Origin: Candidatus Latescibacterota bacterium
GTDB lineage: Bacteria; Latescibacterota; UBA2968
Direction of reading: 5' to 3'
DNA length: 64,000 bases
NCBI GenBank assembly: GCA_965204375.1
Contig: OZ241986.1
Location: forward strand, 3,360,001 to 3,424,000
Within the stretch, counting starts at the first letter, position 1. Each line of letters begins with the position of its first letter. The notes under the pieces were generated by a model. It saw only the letters and a list, made by a program, of their open reading frames with translations, made no database searches and was not told where the DNA came from. This document shows positions 9,025 to 19,163 of the stretch, piece after piece. The position numbers and the translations under genes were made by a program.

Positions 9025-10725
9025 TTACTTACGATCCCATTGGCTGAAAAAACGCTTCAGTTTATTCATAAAACGTTTAAACCATATTGGTGGACGGCCA
9101 TATCCGCTTCTGAGTCTATCGCCTATATTCTGGACAGACCTGATAATCTGCTTTTGCTGGCTAACAACTTCGGGAAGATCATTCAGCGTTTGATTGACAC
9201 CAGCCAAATTCTCCACAAGCGTCTTATCCAGACGCTCTATGGCACTTTCAACGCCTGAAAGACCCTCGAGTAGAGAACCTACCTTTTCATCCAAGCCTGT
9301 GTTGTCTTTATCACTCAATTCCTGATGAAACTTCAGCAGATCTTGTTCAGTTGCATGAATTGCCCCCAGTTGCGCCTTTATGTTATCAAAAACAGGTGTA
9401 TAAGTTGGTTCATCGGGGTTGAGTTTTTGAAGTACCTGATATGTTTCTCCCATTGTCAATGCCAGGGTATCAATCCTCTTATCAAAGTCTTCGACCATTT
9501 GTTCTACTGCGGCTTTTAAGTTTTCCAACGGGTCACTGAGCCTGGTAAAATTAGATATATGTTCCACAAAATTCTCACCGGACTCGCGAATATCTTCGGC
9601 CCCACTGTTGAGTGCGTCGCAGGCGTTGTTGAGAGTCTCTAAAAGTGGTCCAAGCGTGGCTGATAATTTTCCAAAATGCGTTTCGAGCGCACGTTTGATA
9701 TGTTTCTCTTGATCCGCCACCAACTTTGAATGTCTCTGCGAGAAATCCTCAAGTGTGCGGCCCCATTTCTCGCTCACTTGCTTGTTAAAAGCACTCGCCT
9801 TGTTGAGCATGTCGCTGGTGTTGTTGAGAGTTTCCAAAAAAGGCTCAAATGATGCAGATACTTTCTCGAAATGTGCTTCGAGTGCGATTTTGAGATAGTC
9901 TGCCTGCCCCGACATAAATTCCGAATGTCTATCTGCAAGGACTTGAAAAGCCTCTTGAACTGCCTCTTTCAAGTCCACCTCAGGCAAAAACAACCTGAAT
10001 TTAGGAGCAATTTCTTCATTACAATAGGATTCTACCTCGTCAATCAGTTCAAATCTTTTCTTACTGAAACGCGAAAAACGGATATTCAGCACAATCATTC
10101 CCAATAACCCGGCGATACTGGTTACAAAGGCAAGCTCCATCCCCGAAAACGACTGGCCGATATTTTCCAGCATATCTGCCATGCTCTGTGTTGCTACCGC
10201 CGGGTCTGTTATCGTCGCGCTGTCTCTGGTATTTTGGATAATGCTTTCAATCGGCAAAATGACCTGGTAAAGGCCAACAAAAGTTCCGAGAAGCCCCAAT
10301 ACGATCAAACTGTTGCTTGCCGAGCGAATCCTTTCATCATCGCTACAAAGATATTCCTCTTCTCTTTGCACCACTTCATCGACGACTGGTGGTTTATTTT
10401 GGCGGTGCCCCGCCCAGAAAAGCTTCAGCCATTTCTGTGTCGTGGAATTTGAAATAGAATTGATCGCATCTACTTCTCGACGGCGATATCTTCCGGCACT
10501 AAACCTCGGATATTTTTTTCCCCAACTTTTCAAGTCGTCCAGTGCTTTTCTCGATTCGGTTATATCACGCTTCATTTTTGACAAAGGTCGCCAGCCTCGT
10601 ATATAAAAAAACAGGGCCATAAAGCACAAATAAGCCCAAAAAAAATAATACCAAATCCATGACCAGACTCCTGAAAAAATTTGGCCTCCTTGTGTTTCGG
10701 TCCATTGCAAAAATAAATCGGACAT
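9025..10725 (-). CDS. ZorA/MotA-TolQ-ExbB-like proton channel protein with long cytoplasmic helical tail
   Basis: Three TM segments, LGLLGTFVGL and AFVTSIAG motifs, then more than 300 aa of helical tail; stop abuts the ZorB-like start; start set at MSDLF. Confidence 0.8.
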   Translation of the reverse strand: MSDLFLQWTETQGGQIFSGVWSWIWYYFFWAYLCFMALFFYIRGWRPLSKMKRDITESRKALDDLKSWGKKYPRFSAGRYRRREVDAINSISNSTTQKWLKLFWAGHRQNKPPVVDEVVQREEEYLCSDDERIRSASNSLIVLGLLGTFVGLYQVILPIESIIQNTRDSATITDPAVATQSMADMLENIGQSFSGMELAFVTSIAGLLGMIVLNIRFSRFSKKRFELIDEVESYCNEEIAPKFRLFLPEVDLKEAVQEAFQVLADRHSEFMSGQADYLKIALEAHFEKVSASFEPFLETLNNTSDMLNKASAFNKQVSEKWGRTLEDFSQRHSKLVADQEKHIKRALETHFGKLSATLGPLLETLNNACDALNSGAEDIRESGENFVEHISNFTRLSDPLENLKAAVEQMVEDFDKRIDTLALTMGETYQVLQKLNPDEPTYTPVFDNIKAQLGAIHATEQDLLKFHQELSDKDNTGLDEKVGSLLEGLSGVESAIERLDKTLVENLAGVNQTLNDLPEVVSQQKQIIRSVQNIGDRLRSGYGRPPIWFKRFMNKLKRFFSQWDRK

Positions 10726-10744
10726 ATTGATAAATTTTCTTTTT

Positions 10745-11653
10745 TTATACAGCAATGACTACTTTTGCTTTCAGTTCTATCTCATCGGTTTGAGAATTTT
10801 TAAGCCCGTGAGCCAAACACTTTACAATTCGGTCCCGGGGTTGTGCCCCACTTGTGTCCTGGCTGACAATTTGGTATCGGCGCGTATCAAACGTGTCCCC
10901 TGAACGCGCTCCAATTATCTCTACTTCATCCCCGCCTAAATCTATCATCATTTCAAAAACTCGTTGCGCGTCCATTCGTCCATTCTCTGTTACGCGACTG
11001 TCGATTTCAGGCAAGAAGTATCGAATCATCTGTGCGGGACGGGTACGGCGTAGCAGGCTTGCTATTGAAGACGCATCGAAAATCTCTTCACCTGTAAGCG
11101 CACCTTTGAGCAACAGAACAGGATCATCTGAGGCATTTTGCATTTCGCGCAACGTCAATAAGTCCCGGATTTGTTTTAACGGCCTCTCAACCTCCCGATC
11201 AACATATACAGCAAAAGAATCCCGGTCCTCTGACGACATCGCGCTCGTAACTTCCTCTAAAGCCGACCGAAACCGTCCCAAATACGCGACACGCTCTTTC
11301 AATTCGCGCCAGTTTCCTTCATCTACTAAGTCTTCTGAAAATCTCCTCACGCTTTCTTTTAATTGTTCCTTCAACAATTTTATCCATTCGATCTCTTGTC
11401 CTCCATCCCCCCTGCTTTCTTCTATGCTACTCATTTGTCCTTCCAAGCTTTCTATTTTTATCCGAAGTTTGGAAATCTCTTCGTTGTCTGGTGTCACCCA
11501 GGTCCCCTTCGGCCGTACAGGTGGATCATTGCTCTCTTCTTTTTCTTGAAACTCTGAAATCTCTTTGTTTTTTATTCGAAAAAAAACCAAGTAAATTCCT
11601 ATCATGAGAGAAATGCAAAATGAAATGATACTCAATAATGGATACAGTTCCAT
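10745..11653 (-). CDS. Membrane-anchored GrpE-like nucleotide exchange factor
   Basis: N-terminal TM helix, coiled coil, C-terminal GDTFDTRRYQIV...IVKCLAHGL...KAKVVIA matching the GrpE beta-domain pattern; GGAGA RBS. Confidence 0.6.
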   Translation of the reverse strand: MELYPLLSIISFCISLMIGIYLVFFRIKNKEISEFQEKEESNDPPVRPKGTWVTPDNEEISKLRIKIESLEGQMSSIEESRGDGGQEIEWIKLLKEQLKESVRRFSEDLVDEGNWRELKERVAYLGRFRSALEEVTSAMSSEDRDSFAVYVDREVERPLKQIRDLLTLREMQNASDDPVLLLKGALTGEEIFDASSIASLLRRTRPAQMIRYFLPEIDSRVTENGRMDAQRVFEMMIDLGGDEVEIIGARSGDTFDTRRYQIVSQDTSGAQPRDRIVKCLAHGLKNSQTDEIELKAKVVIAV

Positions 11654-11674
11654 CGCGCTATCTCCAGGACCGTA

Positions 11675-14600
11675 TTATGTATAAGAAAAGCCCTCGCACT
11701 GTCGATGTGTTTCCCACACATATTCAAAATCGCTGCCATCCTTTTCATTGCCAACGCGGTAGTTATACCAAAGGCTCGCTTTCCCCTCCGCATCGCACCT
11801 CAGTTCCAGGCAGTAAGTCCAGAATTGCGCATTTTGAAATGTGTCCTCTTCGTTTGGCACAGGTAGATTGGCAACGCTACTATATTCAGCCTGGGTTACT
11901 ATCGTGTTTAAGTCCCACCCAAAAAACTCAAGAAGCTCGATTTTCTCCGGTCTTTCAGTTTCTAATATGAGAGGATTTTTCGAAATGATGGTCGTATTTG
12001 GCGTCAACGGTGTCCAGCGATCAAAAATGGACACAAAATGAGTAAAAGCACTCAGGCAGATGGGATAATTTAATTTGTGTATCCCTTTTATCCGAAGGGG
12101 AGAGATGAGTGCTCGCAAACTCTCACCATACGCAATAGCCCCCAAAACTACACTTTTTTTTAGTTTTTCTGGTTTAAAAATAATCTCTTTAGCCTGTGCT
12201 CTTTCTTCGGCGACCCTTTTTATAAGCGGAAATCGAGAGGCGTTTCCTTCCAAGATCAGATAATCCAACTCAACATTGTCAATCTGTTCTTTCATCTGAT
12301 TGAGCTTATCAAAGCCTTTTTCTAATTCCTTGCGGACAGCATTATAGATGGCGTCAATAGCTAACGGTTTCATATCTGGAAGCAGGGTGTCATCCAAATC
12401 CAAAGTACGTAAAGTACGTTTCGTACCTTGGATATGCAGGGTGTCATTTTCAGAACTTGTAAGAGAAATGTCTGGCCAATCATTGGGAATATTGGAGGAT
12501 TCGATCAGATCTAAAATGCCTTTCTCTCCACTTGGTATCTTTATTCTACTATTTTCTTTTATTTTTTCTGCCAATTCATAGAGGCGGGAGAAATTAGTCT
12601 CTTCGATTTTTCCTTGCAATCTTAGTGCCTTGTCCAATGTATCGGGAAACGGAAATTGTGTTCTATAAACTTCAGGGACCATTTGGAGATACAGATATTG
12701 TGCAATTTTGAAAGCCAGCAAGTCGCCACCCAGCAAGCCGTCTCCGTCAGAAGCGAGAAACTCAATATCGAGTCGTCCGTCGGAACGCACAATGGAGATA
12801 TCCGTCGTTCCTCCCCCACAATCGAAGACACCATAAACAATATTTTGACCAGGGTTCCGTTCTTTAATATCCATAGCATAATTAAGGGCAATGGCTTCCG
12901 GTTCACTAATTTCAAGAATAGGTTTAAAATCCATCCCCTGTGTCGCCCATGCAATGGCTTTTCTTAATGCCTCCTTTTGGCGGTTAAAAACTGCGGGATA
13001 GGTAAAAACGGCTTCTAAGGGGACATAACCCGTATTTTCCTGGAAACTCTCCAATAGGAAACGGATGTAAAGCCCTATCTTTTCAATCGCATCAACTTCA
13101 ATATATCTATTGCCCTGGGAATAAATTCTTCCGTTTAAGCTAATACTCCCTGTACCGCGGTCCCTATAAATAATCGGTTCATCGGGCATTTTCAAGGTGC
13201 GCTTAAAACCCCAAGAAATTGAGGAAATATCTTCAGACTCGAATCGCAGGTCTTTTAGTGTCTGACCAAATTTGACAAGGCTTTCGTTCTTCAATTCAGA
13301 TACCCATCTTTCATCAGTGCTCAACTCTTGTGAAGATTCTTTAGATTCTATAAGATCATCGGAGTTTTTAATCACTAAGAATTGCAATATTGTGGGTATT
13401 TCCGATGGCCTCATTTCTGAGACATCTGTATTAAGGTCTATTTCCAGCCGTTTCTTTCTGTTTTGGTCTTGGGGATCTATATATGCAATACACGAGTTTG
13501 TAGTTCCAAAATCCACCGCAATGGGAAAATTTAAGGGTTGAGGAGGTCGGATTTGAACGGGAAGAACGATAGGTTCATGAAACGGAAACGGTTCATTTTC
13601 GCCAATAGTAGTTCCATGAATGTTCAGAGTTGCCTCTTCAGTGGTGTTCTCTTCAACTGTCGGAAGGGTATCTTGATTGAGAACTAGGTCAATTTGAACA
13701 CTCGACTCATCTATAAATGAATCCTGCTCTGATATTTGATTTACACCAAGATAGTCCTGATTTGATTCAACCCGAGTGATTCGAAGAGGTAGCCCACCCG
13801 AATGAGTTATCGTTGTGGTAAAATTTATCTTTTTTTTCCCACCAGATATAAGTGCTTGCTCGTTGGTAAATTCGCGGCTGAACTCCCACTCAATCTTTGG
13901 CTTATTAACATCGCGCAACAACAACCTAAATATTATCTCGCCCAAACTATCAAAAGAAAAATTGAGCACAGCACGACAAGTCTCGTCAAAGTCCTGTCGC
14001 CGAGTGAGGCTAAATTTCAATGGACGTTTTGGCGAGAGTTTATCGGGAAATTTCTGGTCATGTGGTAAGCCAGTTATATCAAAATAATCTTTGCCTTCAG
14101 ACAGGAAAGGAGTGGTCTGAAGCACCAATGGCGAATCGGAATCGTGACGAAGCGTAAGGCTGACCCGTTCTTCGTCGGAGTCTATTGCACAGGGCTGATA
14201 TTCGTCTGTGACGTGCTCAAACTCATGCCCACCTGCTGAGACAAGCAAAATTTCCGGTGCTTTCTCACATCGAACAAAAAAATCAACAGGTTTAATTGAC
14301 GACAGTGACGAAAGCAATTCTAACCGTCTGGTACTGCCCTCAGGCGCATTATGCGAACAGCGAAGTTCTAAAGTTTCATCCGCATCAAGACTATAGGGCA
14401 GTTCGATATCTCCATGCCATTGGGTGATCTCGAAACCCTGAGCCTTTAATTCCCGAATTTCTATGGGATTGACGCCTTCGTTTTTAACTTTTAGTGTGAT
14501 GTGTATTCCTGAAAAAATTGTCCAGGGGGCACCTCCCAGATCCTCATCCGGATCGGGAGTGACTGTTATTTTTGCTAACTGATACGCACACCCCCCGCAG

Positions 14601-14686
14601 AAAATATCTTTGGGAGAAATATGCCAGTAACATCTGGGACATACCTGTGTATTGCCTGTTGAGTTCATTTTGTAACGCATCTCCAC
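11675..14686 (-). CDS. Atypical Hsp70-family ATPase with N-terminal zinc ribbon and beta-rich (Ig-like) region
   Basis: CPRC...FCGGC; AVDFGTTNS, GFKR, ISEPEAIAL, FDCGGGTTD, LGGD, LEGNASRFP, SVVLGA correspond to DnaK nucleotide-binding-domain motifs. Confidence 0.85.
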   Translation of the reverse strand: MEMRYKMNSTGNTQVCPRCYWHISPKDIFCGGCAYQLAKITVTPDPDEDLGGAPWTIFSGIHITLKVKNEGVNPIEIRELKAQGFEITQWHGDIELPYSLDADETLELRCSHNAPEGSTRRLELLSSLSSIKPVDFFVRCEKAPEILLVSAGGHEFEHVTDEYQPCAIDSDEERVSLTLRHDSDSPLVLQTTPFLSEGKDYFDITGLPHDQKFPDKLSPKRPLKFSLTRRQDFDETCRAVLNFSFDSLGEIIFRLLLRDVNKPKIEWEFSREFTNEQALISGGKKKINFTTTITHSGGLPLRITRVESNQDYLGVNQISEQDSFIDESSVQIDLVLNQDTLPTVEENTTEEATLNIHGTTIGENEPFPFHEPIVLPVQIRPPQPLNFPIAVDFGTTNSCIAYIDPQDQNRKKRLEIDLNTDVSEMRPSEIPTILQFLVIKNSDDLIESKESSQELSTDERWVSELKNESLVKFGQTLKDLRFESEDISSISWGFKRTLKMPDEPIIYRDRGTGSISLNGRIYSQGNRYIEVDAIEKIGLYIRFLLESFQENTGYVPLEAVFTYPAVFNRQKEALRKAIAWATQGMDFKPILEISEPEAIALNYAMDIKERNPGQNIVYGVFDCGGGTTDISIVRSDGRLDIEFLASDGDGLLGGDLLAFKIAQYLYLQMVPEVYRTQFPFPDTLDKALRLQGKIEETNFSRLYELAEKIKENSRIKIPSGEKGILDLIESSNIPNDWPDISLTSSENDTLHIQGTKRTLRTLDLDDTLLPDMKPLAIDAIYNAVRKELEKGFDKLNQMKEQIDNVELDYLILEGNASRFPLIKRVAEERAQAKEIIFKPEKLKKSVVLGAIAYGESLRALISPLRIKGIHKLNYPICLSAFTHFVSIFDRWTPLTPNTTIISKNPLILETERPEKIELLEFFGWDLNTIVTQAEYSSVANLPVPNEEDTFQNAQFWTYCLELRCDAEGKASLWYNYRVGNEKDGSDFEYVWETHRQCEGFSYT

Positions 14687-14690
14687 AAAA

Positions 14691-17600
14691 TTACTTCATC
14701 ACATAGATATCATCGTTACAGAACTTATCCCGATACGCCAAAGGAGAAGCAAATGTATCAATTTCAACCATCAGTGTTTTCAATTTCTCTTCTAACCTGT
14801 CCTTGTCAAGGCTCTTATTGGATTGTCTCAGAGTCTGGTCTTGATCGTTGTCGTAGGAAATTTGTAGCAAACTGTATAAGGGGTGCTTTTCTTGGAACGC
14901 CCTGCTGAACAGCCAACTTTTTAGCACGAGCCGCTGAATAAAACACTCGTCTCGATTTTCTCTACGCCACTGATCTTCCATCTTGCGGATCTCAATATCC
15001 AGGCGGTCTTTTATATCTAGTCTATTTCCTATCCTTGAACGCGCACGCTCGAGATTGTGACCGTATCTGTCTAAATCCTCAAGTCCTCCCCGCGTAAACG
15101 AATGGTAGAACCCTTTCTGGATATCATCATATTTGATAATGCCCATAACTATCCCATTGATCAAAGAATTCTGTGCATTGATGAGTGCGCGAACTTCCCC
15201 ATCGTTTTTAGGAGGTAAGATGTCGGCAAACTCAAAATAATTTTTGATCATGTGGCGACGGTACACGTTGATAGGATTTTGTGTATTTGCCGTGTAATCG
15301 CGTTCCAAATCGAGTATATTTCCGATAGATAAAATGGGAAATGCCATCCATTGGTTCACAAAAATAATGGCGTCATTTCTGTGTACTGTCGCCTGATATG
15401 GAGCCCCCCGCTTCGGAGCAGCGATTTGGTTGACTCGATTGACCCAGGCATCATCCATAACGCCAATGCGGTTATGAGAAAAAAAATTCAGCTCATGCAA
15501 GTCGAAACGTGTCTCAGAAACACGAGGCGCAGCTATCAGGCTTCGCTTAACAATTTCATCCCGACCTTGATCGGGGAAATGACGGCGTAATTCCCCAATA
15601 GCGTGAATATCTGTTTTGAAATCCTTAAAAAGCTGAAACGTGTATTCATCAATAGTCCTGCGGACATCATCCCAATCGCGAAAGGAACGATCCCGACTGG
15701 CAGATCGCTTGAATATCTCTCGGGTACCTTCCTTTATAGTGTCGATCTGTTCGCCCTGTGCAGTAGCGATATTGGCATATAGGGATTCGGCCTCTTTAGA
15801 TTGGAAATATCTTTCCAGCCCTCTTTGGCAAAGACGGTCCAAATCGGTTTCCTGCCATTCTTCAACCTGTTGGAGATGGTCTTGAATTGCTTCGGCATAG
15901 TTCGGATCAGGTGTAAGGTTCAGATTTCTTTCTCCCGTTTTGCGTTGAGTATATGCCAGATGAATCTCTGAAAAATCTCTGGACATTTCCTGGAGGTTCT
16001 CGCGGAAGATTTGAATTTGTTCTTGCAGGCCACTCACTTTTATACTGACCTTGCCATCATCTCCGGTAATCTCTGCACGACTTCCCAGCAGACTGATGAT
16101 TCCTTCCACCAAATTGACGAGCAATCCGGCAGCCTCCTTGCGAAAGCGTTTCTGTACCCAATCGGAGAGTTCCCGCTCAATCGTCTCGACCTGATTGCGA
16201 AGATTCTTGGTGATCTGTTGAGCATCCTCGCGAAAAGCCTTTGCTTTTTGGCCTTCGTAATGATGCATCGCTCTTTTTCGCCAAGGCGGAGGGAGATCTT
16301 CAGCTTCTTTCAACCGCTGTTCAAAATGATGAAAGTCTTCCGAAAACTCAACATCAATAGGAGTGATTGAGGGGGCTTCCATCGGCTCATTAGCCAGTTG
16401 GTTCAACTCTTGAAGTACAGATGCCAATGCCTCTTTGCCGTATTCTAAGTAGCTTTGGACATAGTTGGGACCGTACTCTAATGGGTTGCAGAGCATGCCG
16501 ATACAATAATCTTCTACTCTGTCTTCGAGTTTTGGAAGCAATCGATCTACATTGTCGAGGATTTGTTTAATATCGTCCCCTTTAACAGTACCTTCCTCTT
16601 TGAGTTTTTCAGCCACCTTCTGCCGTATTTCAAGTGTTATGCTGTCAATTTTTGACCTCGCTTCTCTCTCTTGTTTTTCAAGGACCTCAACTTCTCGCAC
16701 TTCGGGAGCTTTGTCGATGCTTTGTAGAAGTTTGAAGAAAACCGGTTTCAGAATCTCATTTATGGCATGATCGGCGAGCGTAAAGTCTGCACCGGGACGG
16801 TTTAAGGCACGGTTAATTAGCTGGTCTGTGGTGAGGTTGATCTGTTCCAAATGCGGGCGCACATCGGCTGTAGAGAACCCGGGGGGAACCTTATTTTTTG
16901 CTGCGATTATAAAATTCACCAGGTACTGTGCGAATTTATTCGAAGCTGCATTGGTAAGACGAGGCTGATTGATTTCCATTTGAGAGAGACCAAATGAGGC
17001 ATATCGACACGGTAAGTACTGAACATAATTGTCGTTTTTATACGGCACTTCTTCAGTCAAATGTTGCTCCATATTGGAACGATCACTGCGTTTATCCATC
17101 GCAAAACGGGTCTGTTCGAAATCGAGCAACAGAAATTCAGCGATCATCTGAAACACATCGGAAAAATCTGCAATGCGGACCCCGGCAAGATTGCTATCAT
17201 CAAGCAAATATACAGTTGAAAATGGGGGAGCCTCAACTTCGCGTTCCCGTTCCATCCCCTCCCAACTAAATTTGTGTTTAGAAGAATGTCCGTCCTCCGT
17301 GCCCTGTGCATCAAAGTGAGGCTGCATGTAATGTTCGAGTTCTTTAAGGGCGGCAAAACCATTGGCCCGTGTTGTTTGGCGTGCTCCCCCTACAACCTCA
17401 TCAAAGACAGAGGGCAGTACCAAATAGGCTGTGCAGACTGCGTTTGGAAAAAGGTCTCGGCACAAAAATCCCATGTCGATGAAAGAGCCTGAACCAGTTC
17501 CTCCTGCAATGGATGTGACGAGTACGATTTCCAGATCATTGCGGTCTACATCATAGTCGGGAAAGATTTCGTCCATCTCCTTTATGGACATTTCGTTTTG

Positions 17601-18089
17601 TACGCGTTTGGCTTTTCTTTCTATTTCATCTCGGAGTTTGGCATAGTGATGAAAAAAAGCTAATCGACCACAAGGACGAATTTGCCCAGCCCCTTGGGTG
17701 ATCGCTGTGGAAGACAGGGAGTCAAGCGCATCGGGAAACCAGGACCAGATATGACGGTACATACCTTTGTTGTTGCGGTATCCTTCGAGGCTTTGGGGCA
17801 TTACTCTGCCATCTATCTTTTCCTCAGCAAAAAAGTCTATTCTCCGGTCCAGAAGGTCTGTTTCATTCCTCATAATATCAATATTTCGGATGTCGGTATC
17901 AAACCAGAGATACTCCATCACAGGCAAACCAACCATCCTGTATTTTTCGTAAAACATCCGCCTGAGACGCCGCAAAACTTCCTTGCCCGTACCTCCGAGA
18001 CCAATCAGAACTGTTGGCCTGATGCTGACTCGATCTCCTCCGCGCTGCGCCCCACCAAGGCGTTCTGCCGTAGCATGTGTTCCTGTCAT
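14691..18089 (-). CDS. Tubulin/FtsZ-like GTPase (Tubulin_2 / FtsZl1-type) with long helical C-terminal extension
   Basis: LIGLGGTG, GAGQIRPCGRLAF, SIAGGTGSG, ANGFAALKEL; GGGAG RBS before ATG at 18089. Confidence 0.88.
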   Translation of the reverse strand: MTGTHATAERLGGAQRGGDRVSIRPTVLIGLGGTGKEVLRRLRRMFYEKYRMVGLPVMEYLWFDTDIRNIDIMRNETDLLDRRIDFFAEEKIDGRVMPQSLEGYRNNKGMYRHIWSWFPDALDSLSSTAITQGAGQIRPCGRLAFFHHYAKLRDEIERKAKRVQNEMSIKEMDEIFPDYDVDRNDLEIVLVTSIAGGTGSGSFIDMGFLCRDLFPNAVCTAYLVLPSVFDEVVGGARQTTRANGFAALKELEHYMQPHFDAQGTEDGHSSKHKFSWEGMEREREVEAPPFSTVYLLDDSNLAGVRIADFSDVFQMIAEFLLLDFEQTRFAMDKRSDRSNMEQHLTEEVPYKNDNYVQYLPCRYASFGLSQMEINQPRLTNAASNKFAQYLVNFIIAAKNKVPPGFSTADVRPHLEQINLTTDQLINRALNRPGADFTLADHAINEILKPVFFKLLQSIDKAPEVREVEVLEKQEREARSKIDSITLEIRQKVAEKLKEEGTVKGDDIKQILDNVDRLLPKLEDRVEDYCIGMLCNPLEYGPNYVQSYLEYGKEALASVLQELNQLANEPMEAPSITPIDVEFSEDFHHFEQRLKEAEDLPPPWRKRAMHHYEGQKAKAFREDAQQITKNLRNQVETIERELSDWVQKRFRKEAAGLLVNLVEGIISLLGSRAEITGDDGKVSIKVSGLQEQIQIFRENLQEMSRDFSEIHLAYTQRKTGERNLNLTPDPNYAEAIQDHLQQVEEWQETDLDRLCQRGLERYFQSKEAESLYANIATAQGEQIDTIKEGTREIFKRSASRDRSFRDWDDVRRTIDEYTFQLFKDFKTDIHAIGELRRHFPDQGRDEIVKRSLIAAPRVSETRFDLHELNFFSHNRIGVMDDAWVNRVNQIAAPKRGAPYQATVHRNDAIIFVNQWMAFPILSIGNILDLERDYTANTQNPINVYRRHMIKNYFEFADILPPKNDGEVRALINAQNSLINGIVMGIIKYDDIQKGFYHSFTRGGLEDLDRYGHNLERARSRIGNRLDIKDRLDIEIRKMEDQWRRENRDECFIQRLVLKSWLFSRAFQEKHPLYSLLQISYDNDQDQTLRQSNKSLDKDRLEEKLKTLMVEIDTFASPLAYRDKFCNDDIYVMK

Positions 18090-18116
18090 GGTTTTACTCC
18101 CAAGCATTCGGTTATC

Positions 18117-19148
18117 TCAGCTTTTACGAGGCTGAGGACGTGCCATAATAACGGCGATTAAAAAGACAATAACACCAATAACGAAAGACCCCCAGAACAG
18201 GCCGGTCGCATAATTGGTCTGCCAATCCAGCAGATAATCCAAATATCCACTGAGAAAAAAGATGATAGTCAACGCACTTCCCACAAACGTAATCACAGCC
18301 GATAGCCCAAAAGCACGATTGGGACTCCGATCTCGATTTTTGATGAGAAATGGAAAGACCAGATATGTAGAAAAGAAAAAAATCAAAACGATAATGATCA
18401 CCAGCAACACCCACCTGAGAGAACCAGAGAAAATAGACGGTCTGGATGCCGGCATATATCCAGGAGGCTCCATACCCGGAACAACCTTATTCTCATAGCT
18501 CGATTTGCCCAATAAGGGTTTGGCTTCATCTATTGCCACAGCGTAATTGAGATTTTGGGCACGTCTGGCCGTATCCTGTTTGGTAAATGTTACAATGCCT
18601 ACCACCTCTCCTTGTTCATTAAATAACGGCCCTCCACTATTACCAGGTGAGATGGGTGCCGTGGTCTGAACAACCTTGTATCCATCCTGATTTCGTATCT
18701 GCGAAATAATGCCATCGGTGACAGAAAACTCCTCGCCTAAGGGATTGCCAATCACGACCACAGGGTCGCCGGGTTTTACCCCTGCCACTGTCCCCAAGCG
18801 CGCCTGATGGAGTGGCTGTCCACCCGGATCGGCTTTCACAAGCGCGAGATCTTTGTGCTCATCTTTTGCCACAATAGCCACGATAGGCATCCATTCGGCT
18901 CCCTGCACGCGCACCCATCCCTCGCGAATACCTTTGATAACATGCCAGTTGGTCAGAAAATGGCCTTTTGCACCATCAATAGCTACTCCCGACCCCTGAC
19001 TCTTTGCGCCATCTGTTTCAACAACCACAAAAGCCACAGCAGGACCTTCCTCCTCGGCAATCCGCGAAGCAGTGTTATTACTTGTCCCCCCACACCCCCA
19101 CAGGACCAATAGAACACCTGCCATTATACCCGCAAGATGTGATATCAT
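18117..19148 (-). CDS. Trypsin-like (S1C) serine protease, lipoprotein-like N-terminus, three C-terminal TM helices, no PDZ
   Basis: LTNWHV (His), KDLALVK (Asp), SPGNSGGPL (Ser); LWGC lipobox-like; GGAGAG RBS. Confidence 0.88.
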   Translation of the reverse strand: MISHLAGIMAGVLLVLWGCGGTSNNTASRIAEEEGPAVAFVVVETDGAKSQGSGVAIDGAKGHFLTNWHVIKGIREGWVRVQGAEWMPIVAIVAKDEHKDLALVKADPGGQPLHQARLGTVAGVKPGDPVVVIGNPLGEEFSVTDGIISQIRNQDGYKVVQTTAPISPGNSGGPLFNEQGEVVGIVTFTKQDTARRAQNLNYAVAIDEAKPLLGKSSYENKVVPGMEPPGYMPASRPSIFSGSLRWVLLVIIIVLIFFFSTYLVFPFLIKNRDRSPNRAFGLSAVITFVGSALTIIFFLSGYLDYLLDWQTNYATGLFWGSFVIGVIVFLIAVIMARPQPRKS

Positions 19149-19163
19149 TACAAACTCTCCTAT

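Noticed and set aside
8032-10725. Flagellar MotAB or TolQR/ExbBD annotation
   Set aside because: No flagellar or TonB/Tol genes nearby; the long cytoplasmic tail and OmpA domain fit ZorAB-like architecture. It is also not called canonical Zorya because no ZorC/D/E effector is recognisable.
14691-18089. Cell-division FtsZ
   Set aside because: About three times too long, no dcw context, and Tubulin_2-type motifs.
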